Below, in pieces: positions 25,901 through 37,900 of a stretch of 64,000 nt of DNA. The notes under the pieces were generated by a model, which saw nothing but the letters and a program-made list of their open reading frames with translations, was not told the DNA's origin and made no database searches. The translations under genes and the position numbers were made by a program. Source of the stretch: Phoronis australis (Eukaryota; Animalia; Phoronida); the NCBI GenBank assembly GCA_002633005.1, contig NMRA01000012.1:1134564-1198563 (forward strand), written 5' to 3'. The first letter of the stretch is position 1, and each line of letters begins with the position of its first letter.

Positions 25901-28900
25901 TTCTAGCTCAATGTTAAGGAAAACCTACCTCTTTGTCTGCTTTGGCGTCACTCGATTTTTCAGTGGTCGTAAAAATACCAACTGGAGCCCACTCCAAGAA
26001 GAGAGGTATGTGCTGGAACTGTACACAACAGCATTATCATTTTCTGTTACAATCAAAGAAGACACAATTTACAGTATTTTTCAGAACAAAATGACAAATT
26101 TTGTAGAAATTTACCTAACAAAAATCCAGAAGAAAACGATCAAGAAAACAAAAAAAACACATTGAGTTGATGTCACTACATTACTAATTCAATAACACTG
26201 ACTTTATACAAATTCCGCACTAAGTCATACGCCAAACAAATTTTGTGGGGAACCGTGAACTCGAAATACAACATGGAGTTTGGAATGGGGACACATGTAC
26301 ATAAGTTTTTGTCTATTCAAAAAAAGTCATATTGTTCTGTACCTTTGTATAAGCCAGACTTGTGAATGCTGCCTTCGCTTCAGCTCCATGGTCAAATTCC
26401 ACCACTGCTGTAATACCATGAGGGGGCAGCACTACACGCTTTAGACGGCCATGCTTTTGAAACAGTTGCTCAATCTCACCACAGGTGGTGCAACTTGGAA
26501 GGTTTTTAACAAGGATGACGGTTTTACTTCTAGCAGCTGCCGGCTGATGAAAGCACAAAATGAATATTAATTTTAACTCCCACATACATCACAGCACGAA
26601 AAATTAAAATGTCATAAATCTTGAATAGCCTTAACATTTCAATGCAATGTTTAGGACTAACATCAGCAAAAATATTTACTGAGAGATGAAAAGTCAGTCT
26701 TACACCAACATCTTGGTCCTACCATGAGCAAGCAATGACCGTATATGTATGACGTTACATATCAGTGGTCAGTAGATTTTACTTTGACATCTTCGTTGAT
26801 TAAAGTTTTATCAGTAGAATGTATCCTTATAGAATGTACAAATAATTATTCATCAAAAATACTCAAAGCCACAAAAGAAAAGTAGTGCAATAATAGAAAC
26901 TGCTATGCTTGCCTCAACTAAACCAGCAATAATTGAAACGCTTTCAATTCCTCACCTGACTGAAGGCATCCAAACTGATGCCGTTATTAAGCAGAAAATT
27001 GCGTGTTTCAGACACTATCTGCGTCTCACCAAGCGCCATGCGTACTCCAAGACTTTGACTAGACTCCTGGAAGGCACAAAAGTGACAGTTTACTAAAAGA
27101 GCGTGGCATCTACTAAAATCAAAAACATAATCTTGTTATTAACTGTTGCTCATTCAAATTAACAACAAATTTGAAACACAAAGTACAAGTCAGGCTCAAT
27201 GTTTCATTCGAGTCCAACAATTGCTAGGTACACACCCCTCCCCTAATGGAAACCTTCAAACTCTTAGTTGAACATAAGTCTTTGTACTTTCTATTCTAGT
27301 GATCTAGAAGTCATGTGTTGTTTATTTTATGCTAGAGTACAAAATGAATTCTAATCAAGAACTAATCAATATTCAAACTTGGGCCTCACAAGAGAGAGAG
27401 AAAGTGAGTCAGTCCACAATACAAACCGCTAGGCTATACTGGCCTCCTCTTTTCTGTCTTTCAATTTAATTGAAAATGTGAAGGAACCACTAGAGCAATT
27501 ACCACGTCCAATATTTGCTGCTTAGAAGCATTGAACTTGTCTGCCATAACATCGGCTACAGCACTCGCTCCAAGAAACAGGCTGTTCCAATTATGTGAGC
27601 TGGACGCCGTTTTCTTCGCCTGGTCTGCTTTCTTCTGTTTGTAGGAGGATCCCTCTAAATAAACAATGATTGAAGTAATAATCATAGCCAGCAAAGATTC
27701 CATCCAGAATCTCAAGCAATGCCTAATGAAGAGCTAAATTTCATCTCCATGTTAGGCTAATTTTAGGTAACTGTTGAAATTTATAAGAGCTTCCAGCATC
27801 AGTTTTGAGAATATTTCCAGCTACAAATGTTCCAAGGGTAGTCATATCAAATGACAAGCAAACAAACAAACAAACAAAACAAACCTTGAACTGTAGGGTC
27901 CTCATCTTTTGGTGCCTTCCCTGGGATAATATGAAGCATGCGACCCTAAGGAAGGAAATTATCAATTTTGCTTCAAAAACTTTTAAAGGCATCCATTTGT
28001 TCGCACACAGTATCAGGTATGTCATAAAACAAACAAAAACGTGCAGACACCATGGTAAAAGTGTTTGAACAGCATTTATGTCACCATGGCCACAACAAAT
28101 ACTTCAATATTTATTCTTTGTTCAGAATATGCAAGCCAACAATTTCAGCACGAAACCTATTAATGCATGGCTTTGCAATTATCCTTTCCATAGATAGCGA
28201 GAGACATCACATACACAGAGAACTGTGGGATATCTGTCATACCAAGCAGCACCAGCAGCAGATATGCAAATACGATCTGTAGTAAAGCAGCCACAAGTTC
28301 AATATATCATAGGTATGAGTAAACAGATAGCTTCTATCCAAAATCAACTGTTAGGTTACCAAGCAGATGATCGCCTGCGTAACACAGGATTCTGGATTAG
28401 ATACACAAGCATCAATTTTCCCATCCATTAGAAGGTTGATTGTAAATCCAATTGTATCCTGCAATGACATTCATAAATATCTGGCATGTTTACCTGTGAC
28501 GTAACCGCACATTTATAACTTCAGATTCCTGATGGCCTGATATGAACCCTGATTAAGTATTCACCGTAATTTTCATTTTTAATTGCGAGTACGTTTTTAC
28601 TCACTTTGTAGTTATTTCATTCTCTTTACCTCTGTATCACTGAGTGAAGTAAATCACTTCTCGCAATATGCAATTTGATTCAGGGTCAAAAAGCATAACA
28701 TACCAGCCAGTCATCAGCTTTTTATGTTTCCTAATACGGATGCCTAGAATGACGAATTTTGGGAAATACGATCTGTGACGCAGGATGAATGATGTACATA
28801 GTTTCCATAATCCACCATTCTAGGTAAGGGCTATTCCAGCAAAATCTGTATGGGAGGGGGGGAAGGCACTTTTATTTCGTACCCACCGCCCATATTTTTC

Positions 28901-31900
28901 ATTTATTTCTCCAACCCATGACCCATCATTTTTTAATTATTTTTAATAATTTAAAATATAAAATCCAACACTTGCAAACAAACTGCCTCCAGGAGGACCT
29001 GTTAAGAACTTAGATGATTGACAGACAAGAACTAGTTGTCTTGTCTAATATTGTCAAAAACTAAAGTAGCCTGTGAGCAATACTTTTGGCAGCCACCAGG
29101 TGTCTCTGTTCACCATGTGTCTATAATTTCAATGAACATTTTTCCAATTATAAGGATCTATGAATCTCAAACTGTCTCCATGAACTCTTTTATACTTCTA
29201 TGTCAAGTGAATATTGGAACTTGTTTATCTTACTCCTCATACTTTTTATTTAAAAATCATCAATTTTCTTATGTGTTAACACCAGTTTAGTGTTGCATAA
29301 CTTTTCAATTCAATAGGACTGCAGACAAACAGTTGGCTCAAATCAAGTTGCCCATGACTTGATTAATGGCTTAGTGAACATATTGCACTCTGTTCACTGG
29401 CAATATGGACTGAAGTAACCAACCTGTCAACATCAGCAGGTCAGAAAATACCACCCATTTTTAATACATCACTTCTTACAGGAACGACCACCCATAATTT
29501 GAGTTTTTTTCTGAAGACCACCACCCATGAATTTTTATTTCTACTGCCGTCCCCCCCCCCCTCCCACACGGATTTTACTGGAACAGCCCTAAGCGCAAAA
29601 GTACTGAAAATGCAAATTATTCTATATTCCATGCCACTTGTCAGTATATTGTGTACTAAACAGCACATTTGATTAACCTGAAAGACAGTGCCATCTAGCT
29701 GTGAGTACGCCTTGACAGCGTGTTCAGGCATCAAGAATGTAATGATGGCGAATCCCTTGACTTTCTTCGACTTCTTGTCAATGGGTAAACTGATGTCAGT
29801 CAGGGGACCTGCAGTAGTCAAAGAACAGCTTTGATATATTTCACATTAAGACAAGAGGTGGATGAACAGTCTCTAGTGTGTACGTGAGCTTAGTCAATGA
29901 AATAACGAATCGTCTAACTCCAATAAGGCACAACTACTAACAGAAGCCATCATATCTGAAAAGCAATTGCCAAAACATTTTAATGTGGGACAAAACCTAT
30001 TGTTGGAAAATTGATTTTTTCCTATATTCAAAAACTTACAATGCTCATAAGTTTACCAAACATTAAGCAGTGATAGCTGCATCACACTAATTAAGCTAAA
30101 AATGAAGTAAACCATTCTTAAGGTTACGTGTAACCTTATTTCTCAAAACTATTATGTGTGAGGATTTTAACTATATTCAATTTCAAATGAATAGTTGTTT
30201 CTGGAGAAAAACAAGGCTGTTCTTTAATTTCAACACGTCCACTCAATCAATGGTTTTCAAAGATGGTGCTGTAGAAGACGAGAAGGTCTGAAACGTAATT
30301 TCATTGCAAAAAAAATACATACCAAGCTTGGAAAATAATTCTTGTAGGTCCTCTTCAGTACAAGTATACGAAAGGTTGCGAAGAAATAGCCGGCCAGTCT
30401 GTAAAGATAGCACGTCATGTAAAGAATATGGAAAATATCAACTGATCAGAGCAAGCCAAAAGCATTCAGACAAAATGACAGCGACTTTCCTGTCGTAACA
30501 GCTGGGCTGAAGCCAAATTCCACCGTCAGAGAAGTCTTCCCTTATGACTGAGAATGAAGGGGAAGTTACAGGAAAGAAGCCAAATTCCACCGTCAGAGAA
30601 GTCTTCCCTTATGACTGAGAATGAAGGGGAACTTACAGGAAAGTCAGTAAGGTGACCAAGCCATTCTGTAATTAGAATTTTGCTGCCCTAATATTTACAG
30701 CCAGTCATTTTTGTTGTTTACAGAATTAGCTGTCATGACGGGAAAACTTTATTTTGTCTGATAAATTTTATCTTGTACTGTATAAAACTGCCATAATATG
30801 CTATGCTTACATCATAACAGCAATATTACCAAGAAACTCAAACAACAATATTTTGAACACGGTTTAAAAGATGCAGCATAACTAACAAGAAGAGTTAGAA
30901 AAAGACATTAATGGAGTAATGATAATTTAACCCCAAACATGATCTCATGGTTATGTAGACTTCATCAACATGATTATGTTTTCAGCCAAAGATCTACAAA
31001 CCTATAACATTTAACTCCGTCGAAGTTGATATTTTCTGAAAGTAAAAAGGCTGTAGAACTTGAATTTTTGGTGCAATTTTGCCACTGATTGCATCACGCG
31101 ACCATGTCTATTTAGTAAAATTTAGCAAAAAAGAAAGGTACATTCACAGCAAAACAACTGCATCAATAACACAACCATATTTTGTTTGATGTAAACGCTA
31201 AAGACAAAATTTCAAAACGCTTTTACAATTCTCTATATTATCACTTCATTTTTGTTTTATGCAACTTCTAAGTTTGTTCATAAAAATCAAAAAAGAGCTA
31301 TTTTTGAAAGCCCCTCGTGAAAAAGTGGAACATTTTAAAAACAATTTATTATTATTATAGGGCTTTAGAGCACAGTGCACAAAGTACAGTATGTTTCATA
31401 CAAATGCAGTGGCCACTTCCAAGAGATGACAATCCAAAGCATGCTAAATTTGGACATTTTTCTAGGGTACTAGATAACCTTAAGTTCAAGTTGTTCTTCA
31501 CAAGGAAAATCCTTTTAATAGTGATTTTGGTAGATGTGTCAAAGGTTAAAATGACATTCGGACATTAGCGACACGTCAGCATTATACAACAACCAACCTC
31601 AATGATGATGTCAGCATTCACCTCGTATTGATTGTCCCTGGGCTCCTGTAACCATAAAAACATTGTTCATCTGCACTGTTGTTCTCTATTTACACAGTAA
31701 ACACCAGTCTCACTGGTCATGTCACTTACTGCAACTTAGCACCCAAGTGGCTCATCATGTTCATTCAAAACTGACAGAGTCATTGTACTTAAAAATGGAC
31801 AGACAAAAGCAGCATTGAGACATTGTTTCAAAGAGTTCGTAACACAAAGAAAAACTGAAAACAACAAAATTCATTACCTCATTCTCAACTGGCTGGATAG

Positions 31901-34900
31901 GTTTTTCATCATGTTTAACAATTTTCTTCAAGAAGATCCTTTTCCCACCTATAGAAATGAATAAATAACATAATCAAACACAGTAATTCAAACACTTCAG
32001 ATTGATATTTCCCCGTAGGTGTCGAGATGTGAAATTTAAGTCACCGAAGAATGAAACTGGTATTCAAAAAGAAAGGTGAGAGACACTATGAAGTTGGTTT
32101 TACCACGTGGGTCTCAATACTAATCCACACAGCCATACCTAGTTTTAACTTGTTCCTTCGTAAAGCCTGTTCCATCTCTTGCTCAGACTGGAATTCAACC
32201 TGAACCAGTCCTGCAAGTACATACAAAAGAAATCATAAACAGCAGTTAGTTAGGTTACGAGTAACCCTGGAAAATGTCAAAATTGGCATAACCATGGAAA
32301 ATGGCAAAATTTGACGTAACCCTGGAAAATGGCAAAATTTGGCTAACTTTGGAAAGTCACAAATTAGAATCAGCTGATCAGATTCAAATGAAACTTTTAA
32401 ATACTATGATACAGCCACTTTTTTCCAAAACATCTTTAGAAAAGCATTGTTATTGAAAATTATTTATTTTTGCATCATGTGCTACCAAAAATTGGGGTCT
32501 TTTATGACTTTTGGGATAAAAATCTAAAGTTACATCTACAAAAACAAAAAAGTTATTTAGAAAACTTTGGCAGCATTTTTGAGATTTCATTTTGAATACT
32601 TGACTAAAAAGAAAAATGGTGGAAAATGCCCTAAAACTATGGTAGCTATGCAGGGCTATCATGAAACAAAAAATGTATGGTGGACTGAAATGACCACCAG
32701 TCCCATTGCTATCATGTTATTATGCATTACTAATATTTATACAATATGATCATAGCAATAATGCTCAATTTTACGCCCAACTTCTTCCATGTTCGCAATA
32801 CCCTGACACGTGACACATGCCGTTCCGGGAGAAAGTTATTCCGGGAGAAAGTTATTCCGGGAGAAAGCTGTTATTGTGGCAAATACAGGAGAGTGCTACG
32901 TAGGAACAATTTGTACCTTACATAAACTGATTACAAGACATCCACAGCCTTTACATGCCATCTGATCAGATCCACCGTTCCACAGTTTCGCATATGAAAG
33001 CTCACAAGTAGTTGACCTAGTCCCCTAACACTACCAGATCTATATTCTTACAATGAGAAGGCAACATGTCAATGACATAACTTGTGGTAAGGCTGTTTCC
33101 CCGTGGTGACTGCATGTGATTGGCTAAATTAGTAATGTTTTGCACATTACTTCTACGCCGATTGTTATGACAAATGCTTCATATTTAATTGTTCACGAGA
33201 TGCCCAATACCTGGTTTCTTGAGTTTTTTGTTCCACGACAAGTCCACTTTGGTCACATTCAGCGGCTTAAAAAACTCTCGTATTTCCTGTTCTCCCAAGC
33301 CAGGTGACACTCCTTTCAGTTGAACACAAAACTGTTCCTGGACATGTTCTTGGACAACCTTATGAAAACAATTTTATCAACAGTTCAGCCAGATAACTAC
33401 ACAACTTTATACTTCACTCCTTGAGGGTTAGGTACACCATCGGTTTTAAAAGCTCCACAATTCCTAGCAGTGTTCTCCATGAACCAGAAACACACTGTAG
33501 CTTACACTCTCTGAAGACCAAATGTACTTGCAGATTTACTATCTTGAGTGCACATTTACCTACCTAGTCATCTGATGTACTAATCAATGAGCTATGCCCA
33601 GTTGTTGCTAAGCACAATTTAAAGCAATTACGCCATAATTTTTTCCTAACTGGTACCCATTTTATAAAACAGATTGCAGACCATTAAAACATGCGACAAC
33701 TGCTGATAAACGGGCGCTGATGACATGTTAAAACAAGTCATGAAGAACATCGCCAGGCCACCTGCATATATCCCTGCGGGGCCACTTGATTAGGTGACAG
33801 TTATAAAGTTTGGTGTTCAGCGTTGATTTATAATGAAATCCAAATATTTTCATTCTTATGTCAGAAAATGCCAAACACAACTCCAAACAACAAGGTGATT
33901 ATTCAAACTGTAAAGATGGTCAAAGCAGATTAATCTTAACACTTAATATTTTCAAAGTTGACACATTTTTGACTTCAAGTCCTACCTGATGGCTTACAGA
34001 GACCTCTTCATTATCATCAGAATCTACAAATACCAGATATGGCAATGAATCAGTAACTATCGAGCAGTCCAGGCATGTCAACTCAGTAGCATTCAAGTGA
34101 CACGGAGACTCGTACACAATCTACGATTTACTCTAAAAACACTCAAAAAAATGGTAACCGTTGTAAAGACGGGCCTGTTTAGATCAAAGTCATAGTGAAG
34201 GAATGCTTTCAATAAATAAATTGTCTTGTGAAATCATTCCCAGATAACCAGGTCTAATTAGCGATGATAAAAACATAAGCAAATGCCTCTGCTTGAATTC
34301 TGGTACTAATCTAATTTTTTGTGAGAATGTCAGCAGCTAGTCCCATAGCTGCATACAGAAGTCCATTGCAAGTGATAGGACTGCACACCGTTAAGAATTA
34401 TTGACATGATCTGATATCAATGTTTTCTTATCGATGCAGGTATGTTTAGCCATACTACCCGAAAGGTGTATATGAAAATAAATAAAAACGAAAGAAAGGT
34501 TTATGCATTCACAAAACTGGATTACAAACCTAACTGCAATGTACATTCACCAAACAGACTAAACTTATACTCCACAATGAAAGTATGGAAACAAACCAGT
34601 GGCACATATTCTTTAACATGATTTGTAAACCCAAACTTTTCCAGGGTCCACTGAGCAATATGTACCATTAATCAAGTACTAAAGTGCAGCTCTAATATAT
34701 GTGTTAAAGGGCCAATAAGACTACGCCTCCTGTCAAAAAATACTTTATTTTGATTTAGGCTTCTCATTAAGACATTCATCTCAACTTATTCTTTCCTTAG
34801 ACTAGTAAGAAATGATTTTCAGGCTTACGAAGGAATGAGAAGTCATTATTCCTTCAAACCAGGCCCATCACGTAGCTTTTCACGGCAAGTTAGTTTCTGT

Positions 34901-37900
34901 TGCCAAGTTACCCCGACCTACCCTGTTTTTGCACAGCAGGAGATGTCTCATCAGACCTTGTGACGCGAGTGCTGGGGCCAACATCATCAACCCAGAGTGG
35001 TTTGGACGACCTACTTTGGTGGATTTCAGCAAATTCTTGAAACTCAGGGTCATCTTTAAGCTGCGAATGCAGACAAAAGACAGCATGAATCAAGAATTGA
35101 TTGGTCCCCATATCCCTCACTAGCTACCTCAGACTGTGATACCTTCTCCAAATCTAACTCTTCCCATTCGACTTGGTCAATTCAAAGCTGAACCCCAAAT
35201 CAAAGTTAGCTTCGATTTTCGTGGTGAGCAGACGATATTTGAGATTTTATTCTGTTTCCCAGGTTTTAGTGTATTTTTGGATTTTTATTATTGTCACCAA
35301 TTTTCAGTTTATCCCCATTTCACTCACTAACAACTGGCATTATGTGATATAAAGGCTTTCCATTTATTTATCTTATGACATTTCGACTAATTTTCATCTT
35401 CTTACATTTTCGAGTATTCAATGCATGAAAACCAGCCACCAGTTTATCTTGACAATAAAACCCTCCTCATTGAATAGAAAATGACCCGCATCTTTAAAGA
35501 TTGATTACTTTTCTGATATCTGAAATTAAACAAATTGCGAAATTACTCCAGCTTATTCAGAACGCATATTGAATAAATTTAGTTACCTCTCCTAAAAGTT
35601 CGTCTACCACTTTGTTTGACTTGTTTTCAGCTTTATTGTGCACCTGAAAGAGCAGATGGTGAGAACATTTCAATAAAATTAAAACACAAGAGGAGTAGAG
35701 CCCAAGGCATAGCACAGATATAAACCTGCATTCCGTCAAAGAAACCTTTAGGCTCTGATTTAAAGTTATGTAGGGCCCTAGAAAAATGCCCGAATTTGGC
35801 TAAATTCAGGACATCATATCTCAGAAATGCCTTTTTGGATTCATATAAACCTTTCAGATGTTATGCTTTATGCACTGTTCTCAAAAACAGGAATTGTTTT
35901 TAAAATGTTCCATATTTACATGTCTTTTGAGGGACTAGCAAGAAATAGGATTTTTATGATTTTCATGAAAAAGTTGCATAAAATCAAAATGAATTTATCT
36001 AGAAAACTTTAAACAGCATTTTTGAAATTTCATCCTGAATATTTATATCAAAGGAAATTTTGTCATGTTATTGATAACAGTGTTTTGATACTGATGCAAC
36101 TTTCTTTTGTGCTAATTTTTGCTAAATTTTGCTACCTATTTGCCATTAACTGTGTCATGTGACTATTCAGGTTTAGGAAAATTAATACGAACGAAAGGTA
36201 CATTCATAGCAAAACAACAGTATGAATAACATATTATACTAAATTTCTCTTCACATAAATGTTCAAATCTCGAATACAGTTTTCTAAATTATTTTGTTTT
36301 CGTCTTATGTAACTTTTGAGTGTTTTCACAAAAGTCCTATTTTTGATAGCCCCTCATACAAAAGTGGAACACTTTAAAAGCGATCCCTAACAGTGTTTTG
36401 TCAAACAGTGCATAACGCACAGCTATCAGATCAACCATTTTCGAGACATGATGTTTAAACGTTAACCAAATTTAAACGTTTTTTCAGTAGTAGCCACTTG
36501 CAGGAGTCCCACAGTTTGAGAACCAGTTTTCTTCATTGAATAACATGGTTAAACCGGTTCTTAAAATCTAGTACCTGTGTAAGTGACTCGTGTCATTTTC
36601 TAGGACACCACACAACATTAACACATATTACATTGAGACGGAAGTTCTTAAGACATCATTGGCATGCCCCAAGAAACTCCCAATGTTTTGCGGCAGAGAA
36701 ACGCCGTCATAAAGATTTGATCATGAGCAGAATCTATTCAAAGAGTCTGCCATTCACTGTCCTTTAAATTTCATCAACTGTAATACAATATAATTATAAC
36801 TTTTTATGACTTAAGGTCCTGTGAATCTCCCTCTTTCATTGGGCTTTCAAACGAGACTCCTGTAAATGTTAGAGTATTATTTTTTTCAAAAGTCATACTA
36901 CAACCAAAATTGCATAAGTCAGATATAAGCATTATTGGATTTTTGCTCAACTCAGACAAAGTTCCGAGATACATCTGCTCTAGTTCATGCCCTTCATAAA
37001 GTCAAAATTTTCGTCCAGTTGCATCCGACTTTACACGAGTTCTATTACACAAATTGCTGATCCTTAATATGAGAAAGACTATACCGGTTTCTCTGGGTAG
37101 GGCTTCTCCGTGTCGTGAAGCTTTTGATAAGCTGAACTCCCTCGACTGTGCTTGCTCCATGGTCGAGCTTTGTTTGGGTCATTCAAATCTCGAGCAATCT
37201 CCACCTGAAATGGTTACAACAATGCGTTTGAAGTGGATTCAAAAGCCAAGATTATTTCAAGAATGTCCCTTCCTATTTTCAAGAAACTGTGACTATTGTC
37301 TGATCTGTCAAGCATGATGAATGTAGAACACAAATTGACAAAGATTTATGAACTCATATGTTAATATGACTATTATGTAAGGACAAGCATGAGTTAAAAT
37401 GATCGATTTTGTTTAGCCAGAGGAATAGTTAATTCACTTAAGTTTAATGTATTTACGCTTCATGCAAAATGCAGCTCACCAGCCTTTTGATCATTTCAAC
37501 CTTGTCTTACCCAAGTTTGAAGTTGAAGACTTAAGCTCCAAAAGCCTGCGCTCCATTCCACTTCAGAGTAAACATTAAACCTGGACTGCATTGTCCTACA
37601 TCATGTATTACCTGTATTTTAGATGTCTTGATGAACGACTTATTGAAATACTTGACAGCATCCTGTGCTTGCGCTGAAGTCTTGTACCCAACAAAGGCAA
37701 ATTTTCTGAACACTCCATCCTTTGTGTACTTGAGAGTACAGTCTGTGACATCACCTTTCTTACTGAAAAGGTTCCGCAACTGTTCTTCTTTCAGCTGCAA
37801 TAAATTAGAAGCGTATCGAATCATTCAATAAGAAAGAGCATTAGCAAAACTTGATACACTTCTTGAATAAGACAACGTCCACCCTAATTCAAACTGACCC

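Noticed and set aside
25756-25930. 35 bp repeats (and the 38 bp repeats at 57634-57823) as CRISPR arrays
   Set aside because: Units are contiguous with no unique spacers, the context is a eukaryotic intron, and there are no cas genes.
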